Origin: an uncultured Planctomycetia bacterium
GTDB taxonomy: Bacteria; Omnitrophota; Gorgyraeia; Pluralincolimonadales; Pluralincolimonadaceae
Assembly: GCA_964484255.1 (NCBI GenBank)
Contig: CAZAEH010000005.1
Coordinates: 1 to 59,890, forward strand
Direction: 5' to 3'
Length of the DNA: 59,890 nt
Part shown: positions 9,085 through 19,231 of the stretch, piece by piece
Position numbering within the stretch: position 1 is the first letter of the stretch
Layout: every line of letters begins with the position of its first letter
Notes under the pieces: model-generated
The model's database searches: none
The model's input: only the letters and a program-made list of their open reading frames with translations
What the model was told of the DNA's origin: nothing
Program-made: the position numbers and the translations under genes

Positions 9085-10304
9085 AGATAGTCAAGATATA
9101 CGGTAAAGAGTTCGAGAAACTTTGCAACAGGTATAACAACCGCAAGAAAAGGGTAACGGAGAGCGTCTCGAAGATAGTTGAGGATGTAAGGCTTAATGGT
9201 GATGAAGCGCTCATAAAATATACCAGGAAATTCGATAAGGTAAAAATTCCCCAGAGGCAACTGCGTGTTACCGAGAGCGAGGCGAGCGGGGCTTTCCAGG
9301 ATATAGACTCCGAGTTCATCTCCGAGCTCAAGAATATAATTGATAACGTCACGAAGTTCTATAAGAAACAAGTCAGAAGCAAAAAGTCCTGGAGGATAGT
9401 CGATGAAGACGGTGTTGTCCTCGGGGAGAAATATGAACCTATAGAAAGGGTAGGTATATACGTACCTGCCGGTACGGCGCCTTTGGTGTCTACGGTCTAT
9501 ATGACCGTACTTCCGGCCAGGGTCGCAGGGGTCAAGTCCATTGTCCTGTGCACTCCCCCTAACAAGTTCCAGAGTGTCGATCCGTACATATTGGCTGTTG
9601 CAAACCTGCTTAAGGTTGACGAGATATACAAGGTGGGAGGGGCCCAGGCTATTGCCGCCCTTGCTTTCGGGACAAAGAGCATCCCGAAAGTGGATAAGAT
9701 AGTCGGTCCCGGCAATGACTACGTAACGGAGGCCAAGAGACAGGTTTTCGGTTATGCTGATATCGATATGATAGCAGGTCCCTCGGAAGTCGTTATTATG
9801 GCGAACAGGTCCACCAACCCGCTTTATGTCATCAAAGACCTTGAAGCGCAAAGCGAACACTATAAGGGCCTCTCGATACTCGTAACTACATCCAAGCCGC
9901 TCGCAAAGACCGTGAAAAAGGAAGTTTCCAGGGGCTATATTATACTTGTCAAGAATATGGAAGAAGCATGTGATGTGGTAAACAAGCTTGCCCCCGAGCA
10001 CTTGCAGATAATGGTAAAGAACCCGCAGACATGGTCCAAGAGGATCAATAACGCAGGGGCTATATTCCTGGGGCAGTATTCACCTACTGCGATCGGTGAT
10101 TATGTCGCAGGCCCGAGCCATGTGCTTCCGACAAGCGGCACGGCCCGTTTCTTTTCCGGGCTTGGCATAGAGGATTTCATGAAGTCGTCACATATTGTCT
10201 CATATTCAAAAAAGGCCCTGGAGAAGACCAGGAAGTCCATAGAGAAGATAACCAAGCTTGAGGGCCTCAACAAGCACATGGAATCGATCAAAGCGAGGTT
10301 TTAG
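9081..10304 (+). CDS. hisD: Histidinol dehydrogenase
   Basis: GIYVPAG, KIVGPGNDYV, DMIAGPSE, APEHL, GDYVAGPSHVLPT. Confidence 0.97.
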   Translation: MKIVKIYGKEFEKLCNRYNNRKKRVTESVSKIVEDVRLNGDEALIKYTRKFDKVKIPQRQLRVTESEASGAFQDIDSEFISELKNIIDNVTKFYKKQVRSKKSWRIVDEDGVVLGEKYEPIERVGIYVPAGTAPLVSTVYMTVLPARVAGVKSIVLCTPPNKFQSVDPYILAVANLLKVDEIYKVGGAQAIAALAFGTKSIPKVDKIVGPGNDYVTEAKRQVFGYADIDMIAGPSEVVIMANRSTNPLYVIKDLEAQSEHYKGLSILVTTSKPLAKTVKKEVSRGYIILVKNMEEACDVVNKLAPEHLQIMVKNPQTWSKRINNAGAIFLGQYSPTAIGDYVAGPSHVLPTSGTARFFSGLGIEDFMKSSHIVSYSKKALEKTRKSIEKITKLEGLNKHMESIKARF

Positions 10305-10913
10305 ATGAAGAACAGGCTCGTAAGGCACAAGAGGAAGACAACCGAGACAAACATTTCGGTAGAGCTTAATATCGACGGAACCGGTAAATTCCGTATTTAT
10401 ACCGGAATAGGTTTTCTTGATCATATGTTGTCTCTTTTTGCCAGGCACGGCTGTTTCGACTTAAAAGTCATGGCAAAAGGCGATTTGGACGTGGATATCC
10501 ACCATACCAACGAGGATGTCGGAATAGTTTTAGGCGAAGCATTTGCCAAGGCTCTTGGTGATAAGAAGGGCATACGCCGTTTTGGGTCTAAGGATATCGC
10601 GGTGCCTATGGAAGAGGCCTTGGCCCGCATAGCTTTGGACATAAGCGGAAGGCCGTCATTATATATGCGCTGTGTAGGAAAGCCTGTGCCTCCTACTCTG
10701 CTAGACAGGCAGGGTTATAATTTATCAAGCGCCAAACAATTCCTTGAAGCTTTCGTCAGGAATTCAGGGGTCAACCTGCATGTCGAATACCGCGGAGAAG
10801 ACCTGCACCATGTACTTGAGGCAGTATTTAAGGGATTCGGAAGGGCATTATGCGATGCAACCAGGAAAGATCCCAGGATAAAAGGTGTTCCTTCCACAAA
10901 AGGGAGACTATGA
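10305..10913 (+). CDS. hisB: Imidazoleglycerol-phosphate dehydratase (monofunctional)
   Basis: RKTTETNI, GFLDHML, HHTNED, HHVLEAVFK, PSTKG. Confidence 0.97.
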   Translation: MKNRLVRHKRKTTETNISVELNIDGTGKFRIYTGIGFLDHMLSLFARHGCFDLKVMAKGDLDVDIHHTNEDVGIVLGEAFAKALGDKKGIRRFGSKDIAVPMEEALARIALDISGRPSLYMRCVGKPVPPTLLDRQGYNLSSAKQFLEAFVRNSGVNLHVEYRGEDLHHVLEAVFKGFGRALCDATRKDPRIKGVPSTKGRL

Positions 10914-11521
10914 AACAAAGGATAGCCGTTGTAGATTACGGGATGGGTAACCTTAGGAGTGCGTCCAAGGCCCTGGAGGCCGTCGGGGCTAAGGTGCAGG
11001 TTTCTGACAAGCCCCGGGATATACTTAAGGCTGATAAACTGGTATTCCCCGGAGTGGGGGCTTTTAAAGATGCCATGGAAGAACTCAAGGCACGAAAACT
11101 CATAGACCCTATAAAAGAATTCGTTTTTTCGGGAAGGCCTTTTTTGGGGCTCTGCCTGGGCCTGCAGTTGTTGTTCCCCAAGAGCGAAGAAGCCGGTTCA
11201 TGCAGGGGTCTGAGTCTTATCGAAGGGAAGGTCCTTAAATTCAAGCCCGGAAGATTAAAGGTGCCCCATATGGGATGGAACCGGCTTTATGCTATGAACG
11301 GTTGCCCTCTCTTTAAGGGTATACGCGATGGGACTTACGTTTATTTCGTCCACTCATATTATGCTTTACCTGAAGACAAGGGATCCGTAGCCGCTTACAC
11401 GGATTACGGGGTTAGATTCGCATCGGCTATCTGGTCTGATAACATATACGCGACCCAGTTCCACCCTGAAAAGAGCCAGGAGTTGGGTTTGCAAATACTG
11501 AGGAATTTTTTGAAGATATGA
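10910..11521 (+). CDS. hisH: Imidazole glycerol phosphate synthase glutaminase subunit
   Basis: VVDYGMGNL, GLCLGLQ, PHMGWN, YFVHSY, QFHPEKS. Start taken at the ATGA overlap with hisB (10910), not the ORF-track 10850. Confidence 0.96.
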   Translation: MKQRIAVVDYGMGNLRSASKALEAVGAKVQVSDKPRDILKADKLVFPGVGAFKDAMEELKARKLIDPIKEFVFSGRPFLGLCLGLQLLFPKSEEAGSCRGLSLIEGKVLKFKPGRLKVPHMGWNRLYAMNGCPLFKGIRDGTYVYFVHSYYALPEDKGSVAAYTDYGVRFASAIWSDNIYATQFHPEKSQELGLQILRNFLKI

Positions 11522-12249
11522 TAGTGATACCTGCTGTTGACATAAGGGGCGGCAATGTTGTAAGGCTTTTTAGGGGGGATTTCTCCAGGGAGACCGTATA
11601 TTCGGATAATCCCGTGAAAATGGCGCTCTGGTGGCAGAGTGAGGGGGCAAAGCGGTTGCATGTAGTAGACCTGGACGGGGCGCTGGAAGGAAAACTCAAG
11701 AACCTCAACTGGATAAGGAAAATAACGGCTTCACTGGATATTCCCATAGAAGTGGGGGGCGGCATAAGGACCGAGTCCGACCTGCAGACGGTGATAAAGG
11801 CCGGGGCCTCCTATGCGATACTCGGGACAAAAGCCTGCGAGGATGAGGAATTCCTAAGGAAAGCGGTCGATAAATACAAAGACAAGATAATCGTAAGCCT
11901 TGACGTAAGGGACGGTTACCTGCAGACAAAGGGATGGGTCAATCCGACAGAGATAAAAGCGATCGATTTCGCCCAAAGGATAAAGATGCTGGGGGTCCAG
12001 ACTGTCGAATATACCGATATCTCCCGTGACGGGACACTCCAAGGGCCGGGCTTCGGCAATATCCTCAAGTTCCTGGGCGATGTAAAGATCGATATGATAG
12101 TTTCCGGCGGAATATCAACCCTTGCCGACTTGAAGATACTCAGGGATTACAACAGGAAAGAGATAACGGGTGTAATAGTGGGCCGAGCCCTGTACGACAA
12201 GAAGATATTGATAAAGGATGCCAACAAGATATGCTCGCAAAAAGGATAA
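11518..12249 (+). CDS. hisA: ProFAR isomerase
   Basis: [35 protein letters not shown]. Confidence 0.96.
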   Translation: MIVIPAVDIRGGNVVRLFRGDFSRETVYSDNPVKMALWWQSEGAKRLHVVDLDGALEGKLKNLNWIRKITASLDIPIEVGGGIRTESDLQTVIKAGASYAILGTKACEDEEFLRKAVDKYKDKIIVSLDVRDGYLQTKGWVNPTEIKAIDFAQRIKMLGVQTVEYTDISRDGTLQGPGFGNILKFLGDVKIDMIVSGGISTLADLKILRDYNRKEITGVIVGRALYDKKILIKDANKICSQKG

Positions 12250-12986
12250 TACCCTGCCTGGACGTGAAGGACGGCAGAGTAGTAAAAGGGGTTAACTTCG
12301 TCAATCTGCGCGATGCGGGAGACCCTGTCGTCAACGCCTCTTTCTATGAAAAAGAGGGTGCCGACGAACTCGTATTCCTGGATATCACGGCAAGTTATGA
12401 GGACAGGGACACAATGGTCAGCGTAGTGCGCAGAACGGCGGAACAGGTCTTCATGCCCTTGACCGTCGGAGGCGGCATAAGGAACATATCGGATATCAGG
12501 AACCTGCTTAACGCGGGTGCTGACAAGGTTTCGATCAATACGGCTGCCGTTAAGGATCCCGGGCTTATATCTGAATCGTCCAGGAGGTTCGGGAGCCAGT
12601 GTATAGTTGTTGCTATAGATGCCAAGAAACGAGCCAAGGGCTGGGAAGTTTTTATCCACGGAGGCAGGACGCCGACCGGAATAGATGCCGTAAAATGGGC
12701 CAGGCAAGCCGAAAGAAGGGGCGCAGGAGAGATCCTGCTGACATCCATGGACAGGGACGGCACCAAGGCAGGCTATGACCTGCGTCTGACCAGGGAGATA
12801 TCAAGGAGCGTAGGGATACCTGTTATTGCCTCGGGAGGGGCAGGATCCCCGAAACATCTTTTTGATGGGCTGACCGAGGGAAAAGCGGATGCCGTTCTCG
12901 CGGCATCAATCTTCCATTTCAGGGAATACTCCATAAAGCAAATTAAACAATACTTAAAGAGAAAGGGAGTAGCGGTAAGGATATGA
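12231..12986 (+). CDS. hisF: Imidazole glycerol phosphate synthase cyclase subunit
   Basis: [40 protein letters not shown]. Confidence 0.98.
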   Translation: MLAKRIIPCLDVKDGRVVKGVNFVNLRDAGDPVVNASFYEKEGADELVFLDITASYEDRDTMVSVVRRTAEQVFMPLTVGGGIRNISDIRNLLNAGADKVSINTAAVKDPGLISESSRRFGSQCIVVAIDAKKRAKGWEVFIHGGRTPTGIDAVKWARQAERRGAGEILLTSMDRDGTKAGYDLRLTREISRSVGIPVIASGGAGSPKHLFDGLTEGKADAVLAASIFHFREYSIKQIKQYLKRKGVAVRI

Positions 12987-13372
12987 ATAAATTCGTTAAA
13001 GGACTGAAGTTCAACGGGAACGGGCTGGTACCGGCAGTCATACAGGACGCGAAGAACAACGAAGTACTTATGGTCGCTTATATGAACGATGAGGCCGTGA
13101 AAAAGACATTAAAGACAAAGAAAGCCCATTTTTATTCCAGGTCAAGGAAGAAACTCTGGCTTAAAGGTGAGTCATCGGGGCATGTGCAGAAGGTAAAAGA
13201 AATACGTTTTGACTGCGATGCCGATTGCTTGCTTGTAAAGGTTGACCAGGTCGGCGGTGCATGCCATACGGGTTACAGGTCATGTTTTTACAGGAAACTA
13301 AAGGACAATAGGGGCAGCATTTGCATATCCGGCAAGAAGATGTTCGACCCGGATAAAGTCTATAAAAAATGA
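12983..13372 (+). CDS. hisI: Phosphoribosyl-AMP cyclohydrolase (not fused to HisE)
   Basis: [30 protein letters not shown]; 129 aa. Confidence 0.95.
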   Translation: MNKFVKGLKFNGNGLVPAVIQDAKNNEVLMVAYMNDEAVKKTLKTKKAHFYSRSRKKLWLKGESSGHVQKVKEIRFDCDADCLLVKVDQVGGACHTGYRSCFYRKLKDNRGSICISGKKMFDPDKVYKK

Positions 13373-14847
13373 CAGATTATAAGCCGTCAAAAGATGAATT
13401 CATAAAGCTCTCAAAGAAAGGCAATCTTATCCCGGTTTTCAGGGAGATAACCGCTGATCTCGAGACGCCTGTTTCTGCCTTCATGAAGATAGATAGAGGC
13501 GGTTATTCATTCCTGTTGGAGTCGGTCGAGGGAGGAGAAAAAATAGCAAGGTATTCTTTCCTGGGCTCGAACCCTTATCTTGTCTTCAAGAGCAAGGGTA
13601 GGAAGATAGAGATAACCGAGGGCGGGAAAAGGAGGTGTTTCGAGACAGCTTCCGATCCTTTGTCCGAGATGAAGAAGATAATGCAAAGATACAAGTTTGT
13701 TCGTACTGAAGGCCTTCCGCGTTTTTGCGGAGGGCTTGTCGGTTTTATGGGATACGATATGGTGCGTTTTTTCGAAAACCTCCCGTCCAAGAACCCGGAT
13801 GATCTTGGGTTGCCGGATTCCGTATTCCTGCTGACAGACACCATACTTATATTTGACCACGTCATGCATAAGATAAAAGTGGTCTCGAACGCTTTTGTCG
13901 ATAATGATCCTTCCGGGGCCTATGATGAGGCCGTGAGAAAGATAGACGCCCTGATAAAGCTCATGAATGCCCCCCTGAAGGTAAAATATGCAGGGCCCCG
14001 CCGCCTGGAGCAGAAAGTTACATCGAATTTTACCAGAGAAGGTTTTATGGGCATAGTCAAGAAGGCGAAGAGCTATATCAGGATAGGCGACATAATCCAG
14101 GTAGTACCTTCCCAGAGGTTTGTTACTGCAACCAGGTGTAAGGGAATAGACTTATACAGGTCCCTAAGGATGATTAACCCGTCGCCTTACATGTATTACC
14201 TTAAACTTGGTGATATGGCTCTTATAGGCGCTTCACCCGAACTTATGGTCAGATGCGAAGACGGCATCGTCGAACTCAGGCCTATTGCGGGTACACGCCC
14301 GAGAGGAAGGACGAAAGAGGAGGAAAAGCGCCTGGAAAAGAACCTCCTCTCCAGTATCAAAGAAAGGGCCGAGCATATAATGCTTGTCGATCTGGGCCGC
14401 AATGATATCGGAAGGGTTTGCAGATATGGCAGCGTAAAGGTATCCGAACTTATGGTAGTAGAGAAGTATTCCCATGTCATGCATATAGTCAGTGAATGCA
14501 CGGGAAAGCTCAAATCAAACAAGGATATGTTCGATGTAATAAGGGCGACTTTTCCTGCCGGGACCGTTTCTGGCGCGCCAAAGGTGAGGGCGATGGAGAT
14601 CATAGATGAGCTCGAGAACACCATGCGCGGCCCATATGCCGGACTTGTAGGCTACTTTAGTTTTTCAGGAAATACAGACACCTGTATCAATATCAGGACC
14701 ATCGTCCTTAAAGACGGAATGGCATATGTACAGGCAGGCGGCGGCGTTGTGGCTGATTCGGATCCTTCAAAGGAATACCAGGAAACGGTCAATAAGGCAA
14801 AAGCAACCATAAAAGCCATCGAAGCCGCAGAGAGAGGTATTTTGTAA
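13369..14847 (+). CDS. trpE: Anthranilate synthase component I
   Basis: [53 protein letters not shown]. Confidence 0.96.
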   Translation: MTDYKPSKDEFIKLSKKGNLIPVFREITADLETPVSAFMKIDRGGYSFLLESVEGGEKIARYSFLGSNPYLVFKSKGRKIEITEGGKRRCFETASDPLSEMKKIMQRYKFVRTEGLPRFCGGLVGFMGYDMVRFFENLPSKNPDDLGLPDSVFLLTDTILIFDHVMHKIKVVSNAFVDNDPSGAYDEAVRKIDALIKLMNAPLKVKYAGPRRLEQKVTSNFTREGFMGIVKKAKSYIRIGDIIQVVPSQRFVTATRCKGIDLYRSLRMINPSPYMYYLKLGDMALIGASPELMVRCEDGIVELRPIAGTRPRGRTKEEEKRLEKNLLSSIKERAEHIMLVDLGRNDIGRVCRYGSVKVSELMVVEKYSHVMHIVSECTGKLKSNKDMFDVIRATFPAGTVSGAPKVRAMEIIDELENTMRGPYAGLVGYFSFSGNTDTCINIRTIVLKDGMAYVQAGGGVVADSDPSKEYQETVNKAKATIKAIEAAERGIL

Positions 14848-14848
14848 T

Positions 14849-15418
14849 ATGATATTGATGATAGATAATTATGATTCTTTCACTTATAATCTCGTCCAGT
14901 ATTTCGGGGAGATGGGCGCGTCGCTGAAAGTCATCAGGAACGACAAAATATCGCTCAGAGAAATAACAGACATGGGACCAGGCGGCATAGTGATCTCCCC
15001 CGGACCGGGCTTCCCGAAAGATGCGGGGATATCTAACTCCGTTATAAAAGAATTTGCAGGGAAGATACCTCTGCTGGGAGTTTGTCTCGGGCACCAATGC
15101 ATAGGCGAGGTGTTCGGGGGCCGGGTGATCAAAGCGGCGCGGCCAATGCACGGAAAGACCTCAAAGATTTACCACGACGGCAAAGGTATATTCAGGGGCT
15201 TGCCAAACCCGTTCGAAGCGATAAGATACCACTCGCTAGTGGTCGAGCGTAAGTCCCTGCCGGATTGCCTGGAAATAACCGCCCAGACCAAGGAAAAGGA
15301 GATAATGGGGCTCAAGCACAGGAAATATCCCGTTTTGGGGGTGCAGTTCCATCCGGAATCCATCCTTACATCCGGAGGGAAGAAAATGCTGAAGAATTTT
15401 ATGGAGCTTGCCAAATGA
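14849..15418 (+). CDS. trpG: Anthranilate synthase component II (glutamine amidotransferase)
   Basis: [33 protein letters not shown]. Confidence 0.96.
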   Translation: MILMIDNYDSFTYNLVQYFGEMGASLKVIRNDKISLREITDMGPGGIVISPGPGFPKDAGISNSVIKEFAGKIPLLGVCLGHQCIGEVFGGRVIKAARPMHGKTSKIYHDGKGIFRGLPNPFEAIRYHSLVVERKSLPDCLEITAQTKEKEIMGLKHRKYPVLGVQFHPESILTSGGKKMLKNFMELAK

Positions 15419-16425
15419 TAAGAGAGGCTATTTCCAAGCTCGTCAGGTCCGAAGACCTTACAAGGAAAGAGATCGAATTGACCATGGACGAGATCATGAC
15501 TGGCCAGGCCCTTCCTGCGCAGATCGGATCGTTCCTTACCGCCATGAGGATGAAAGGCGAGACCATAGACGAGATAGCTGGTGCGGCCGAAGTAATGAGG
15601 AAGTATGCGACAAATATAAGGACAAGACACACATGTGTCCTCGATACCTGCGGCACGGGAGGGGACGAGTCCCGGACATTCAATGTTTCTACCGTAGCAG
15701 CTTTTGTTGCAGCCGGCGCCGGAGTTGCAGTCGCGAAACACGGCAATAAATCGGTGTCGTCAAAATGCGGCAGCGCGGATCTTCTTAAGGCTCTCGGCGT
15801 CAATATCGATGTAAGCGAACATATGGTATCCAAATGTCTCGATGAACTTGGCATTGGTTTCCTTTTCGCGCCGGCATTACATAGGGCAATGCAATATGCT
15901 ATAGGTCCCCGTAAGGAGATAGGCATACGTACCATATTCAATATTTTGGGTCCTTTGACAAATCCTGCAAAGGCTTCTCACCAGCTGCTGGGGGTTTACG
16001 ATTATAAGCTGACCGAACCCATAGCACGGGCTCTGGGTAAATTGGGTTCCAGGCACGCATTAGTGGTCCACGGCGACGATGGTCTCGACGAGGTCACAAC
16101 GACAGACATGACGCAGGTATCGGAGCTAAGGGACGGAAAAGTAAAGAATTATGAGATCTCCCCTAAACATTTCGGTATAAAGAAAGCAAAACCTGCAGAT
16201 TTAAAAGGCGGCGACGCGGCCTATAATGCAAAGCTGGCGATGTCCATCCTTGGGGGAGAAAGAGGACCCCAATACGATATAGTGATATTTAACGCCGGTT
16301 GCGCAATTTATGCTGCAGATAAGGCACAAAACATTAAAGAGGGTATAGAACTGGCTGCGGAATCCGTCGAATCCGGAGAAGCCTTGAAAAAACTCGAACA
16401 GCTCAAGGAGGTAACTAGCTCATGA
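15415..16425 (+). CDS. trpD: Anthranilate phosphoribosyltransferase
   Basis: [32 protein letters not shown]. Start at the ATGA overlap with trpG (15415). Confidence 0.96.
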   Translation: MIREAISKLVRSEDLTRKEIELTMDEIMTGQALPAQIGSFLTAMRMKGETIDEIAGAAEVMRKYATNIRTRHTCVLDTCGTGGDESRTFNVSTVAAFVAAGAGVAVAKHGNKSVSSKCGSADLLKALGVNIDVSEHMVSKCLDELGIGFLFAPALHRAMQYAIGPRKEIGIRTIFNILGPLTNPAKASHQLLGVYDYKLTEPIARALGKLGSRHALVVHGDDGLDEVTTTDMTQVSELRDGKVKNYEISPKHFGIKKAKPADLKGGDAAYNAKLAMSILGGERGPQYDIVIFNAGCAIYAADKAQNIKEGIELAAESVESGEALKKLEQLKEVTSS

Positions 16426-17198
16426 TAACCCTCGATGATATTATAGAGCATAAAAAACATAAGTTGGAACGTTTGCAGGAAATGCTTTCCCTCCACGATA
16501 TCGAAAAGAAAGCCTTACCCGTAAAGAACAGGGGTTTTAAAACCGCAATATCACGCGGCAACAAAGTGAACTTAATAGCCGAAATAAAGAAAGCTTCCCC
16601 CTCGCACGGCATAATAAGGCATGATTTTGACCCGGTAAGCATAGCCTCCGCATACAAAGAAAGCGGAGCAAGCGCCCTTTCCATCCTGACGGAGGATAAA
16701 TATTTCCAGGGCAGTTTGGATATACTCACCAATGTAAGAGATGCAGTAAGGCTACCCATAATGCGCAAAGACTTCATAATATCGGAATACCAGATATTCG
16801 AATCGGCCATTGCCGGCGCGGATGCGGTTCTCCTTATTGCTGCGGCATTGGACAGGGGTATGCTCAAAGCGCTTTTACATGAGGCGTCTTCCCTGGGAAT
16901 GGAGACAATGGTTGAAGTCCATGATGAGCGCGACCTGGATAAAGCCCTCGGCGCAGGCGCGGAAATAATAGGGATAAACAACCGTAATCTAAGGACCATG
17001 GAAGTAGATCTGGCCGCCACCATTGAACTTATGCCGAAAATCCCTGAAGGTAAAATTGCCGTGTCGGAAAGCGGTATCGGGGAACCGGAAGATATCAGGA
17101 CCCTATCTCAATGCGGAATAAAAGCGGTCCTGGTAGGTACCGCGTTCATGGAGGCTGATGATATTGCTTCAGAGGTCAAACGGGTGATGGATTGGTAA
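16422..17198 (+). CDS. trpC: Indole-3-glycerol phosphate synthase
   Basis: IAEIKKASPS, LSILT, RKDF, GINNRNL, SESG. Confidence 0.96.
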   Translation: MITLDDIIEHKKHKLERLQEMLSLHDIEKKALPVKNRGFKTAISRGNKVNLIAEIKKASPSHGIIRHDFDPVSIASAYKESGASALSILTEDKYFQGSLDILTNVRDAVRLPIMRKDFIISEYQIFESAIAGADAVLLIAAALDRGMLKALLHEASSLGMETMVEVHDERDLDKALGAGAEIIGINNRNLRTMEVDLAATIELMPKIPEGKIAVSESGIGEPEDIRTLSQCGIKAVLVGTAFMEADDIASEVKRVMDW

Positions 17199-17824
17199 GA
17201 GTAAAGATCTGCGGGATCACTAATCTTGCCGATGCCCAGGCGGCGTGCAGGCTTGGGGCCGATGCGATCGGTTTTATATTTACGGAGAGTCCAAGGAGGG
17301 TGAACGCCGCAAAGGTAAGGGCCATAGCAGCAAAACTCCCTCCTTATATCACTACGGTCGGGGTATTTGCCGATGAAAAAATGTCTAACGTCTTAAGGAC
17401 GGCGAAATACTGCAGGCTCGATTGTCTCCAGCTTCACGGAGATGAATCGCCTGACTATTGCAGGAAGCTCAAGAAATATTATAAAATAATAAAAGTAATA
17501 AGGATAAAAGATGCCCGGAGCATAAGCAAAGCAAAGACTACGGATGCCGATGCGTTCTTGCTTGATGCATACATTTGCGGGAAGAAAGGCGGCACCGGAA
17601 CGGTTTTTAACTGGAAATTGGTTTCCGTGGCTAAGAGACTGGGAAAGCCCGTCATATTATCGGGCGGGTTGAATCCCGGGAATATCCGGAAAGCCGTAAA
17701 GCAGTCAAGGCCTTACGCCGTCGATGTCTCCAGCGGCGTGGAAGCCCGGCCTGGAAAAAAAGATATAATACTTATGGGTGATTTCATCAGGAAAATAAGG
17801 TCGGACAACTCAGGAAAGGGATGA
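17192..17824 (+). CDS. trpF: Phosphoribosylanthranilate isomerase (TTG start)
   Basis: VKICGIT, QLHGDE, GGTG, LSGGLNP, VDVSSGVE. Confidence 0.95.
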   Translation: MVRVKICGITNLADAQAACRLGADAIGFIFTESPRRVNAAKVRAIAAKLPPYITTVGVFADEKMSNVLRTAKYCRLDCLQLHGDESPDYCRKLKKYYKIIKVIRIKDARSISKAKTTDADAFLLDAYICGKKGGTGTVFNWKLVSVAKRLGKPVILSGGLNPGNIRKAVKQSRPYAVDVSSGVEARPGKKDIILMGDFIRKIRSDNSGKG

Positions 17825-17827
17825 CAA

Positions 17828-18370
17828 ATGGGTTCGAATAAACGCATGCACCGTCGCCTGGCGCTTGATGTAGAAGTCAAGTGGCACAGGAAAAAGGATA
17901 AGTCCTCAAGCAGCAAAGCTTACATGTTAAGAAGCAAGAATTTCGCTCAACATGGGCTGTTCTTGAAGACGGACAAGAAGTTCAGGATCGGAATGGATAT
18001 GGACCTCGAATTCATCCTGCCGACTATATCCCATCCCGTCTGCGTATCGGGAAAAGTCGCATGGATCGCAGATAAAGACAGGAATCCCACATATTATCCC
18101 GGCATAGGCGTAAAATTCGTTAAAATAGATCCGGAAGACAAGAAAGAGCTCATGAAATTCCTTAACCGCAAGTTCCGCAATTACAAAGACGCGCAGGAGC
18201 TTAAAAAGATGTACCTGACCCTTATAGATATGGGCGCAAGGCTTGTGGAACTCGGAGAAAGGCACCCTGGGGCCATCTATTTTAAGAAAGCGGTAGATAA
18301 CTCAATAAAGGAGATCTCTGAGGTGGCCCATCTTATAGACAAGGAAGTATCCGAGATAAAGAACCTCTAG
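17828..18370 (+). CDS. PilZ-domain protein with C-terminal helical extension
   Basis: RMHRR (RxxxR) followed by NFAQHG (degenerate D/NxSxxG), GKVAW and GIGVKF. Confidence 0.75.
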   Translation: MGSNKRMHRRLALDVEVKWHRKKDKSSSSKAYMLRSKNFAQHGLFLKTDKKFRIGMDMDLEFILPTISHPVCVSGKVAWIADKDRNPTYYPGIGVKFVKIDPEDKKELMKFLNRKFRNYKDAQELKKMYLTLIDMGARLVELGERHPGAIYFKKAVDNSIKEISEVAHLIDKEVSEIKNL

Positions 18371-18381
18371 GAGATTTTTTA

Positions 18382-19230
18382 ATGAACATATTCAAGACGG
18401 TTTTCTTCCTGAGCCTCCTTACACTGCTTCTGATTTTCGTCGGCGGGATGATAGGAGGCAAACAAGGCATGATAATAGCTTTTGTTTTTGCCCTGGTGAT
18501 GAATTTTGTGTCATATTGGTTCTCTGATAAGATCGTCCTGGCCATGTACCGGGCTAAAGAGGTGGACAGGAAAGAATACCCTAAACTTGCCATGATAGTC
18601 TCAAACCTCTCCACGAAAGCCGGTTTACCTGTACCCAGGCTTTATATGATCCCTATGCAGACCCCAAATGCCTTTGCTACGGGCAGGGACCCTTCCCACG
18701 CAGCAGTAGCGGTAACATCAGGCATCATGGACATCCTTTCCGACGATGAACTCGAAGGAGTGATATCTCACGAGCTTTCCCACGTCAGGAACAGGGATAC
18801 TCTGTTAATGACGCTTGTCGCCACTATTGCAGGCGCCATATACATGCTCTCTAATATGGCCAGATGGGCAATGATATTAGGCGGAAGGGATGACGACAGG
18901 GAAGGAGGCAACGTATTCGGTATGCTCATAATAGCGATACTTGCTCCTATAGTAGCGACCCTTATCCAGCTGGCCATATCGCGCTCACGCGAATACATGG
19001 CGGATGAATCCGGCGCGGGCATCAGCGGAAGGCCTCTTTCGCTTGCCAATGCCCTTAGAAAGTTACATCAATATTCAAAACAGGTCCCGATGAACGCCAG
19101 CCCTACTACGGCGCACTTGTTTATCGTAAACCCGCTTACGGGCGGGGGGTTGCTCTCCCTTTTCAGCACGCATCCTCCTATAGAGCGCAGGATAGCGCGG
19201 CTGGAAGAATTCGCCATTAGACCGAAATAA
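18382..19230 (+). CDS. htpX: Zinc metalloprotease HtpX (M48)
   Basis: [31 protein letters not shown]; N-terminal TM helices. Confidence 0.96.
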   Translation: MNIFKTVFFLSLLTLLLIFVGGMIGGKQGMIIAFVFALVMNFVSYWFSDKIVLAMYRAKEVDRKEYPKLAMIVSNLSTKAGLPVPRLYMIPMQTPNAFATGRDPSHAAVAVTSGIMDILSDDELEGVISHELSHVRNRDTLLMTLVATIAGAIYMLSNMARWAMILGGRDDDREGGNVFGMLIIAILAPIVATLIQLAISRSREYMADESGAGISGRPLSLANALRKLHQYSKQVPMNASPTTAHLFIVNPLTGGGLLSLFSTHPPIERRIARLEEFAIRPK

Positions 19231-19231
19231 G

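Noticed and set aside
10850-10909. Extended N-termini of hisH (10850), trpD (15265) and pgm (35276)
   Set aside because: Non-homologous extensions overlapping upstream genes. ATGA-coupled or RBS-supported downstream starts fit family N-termini.
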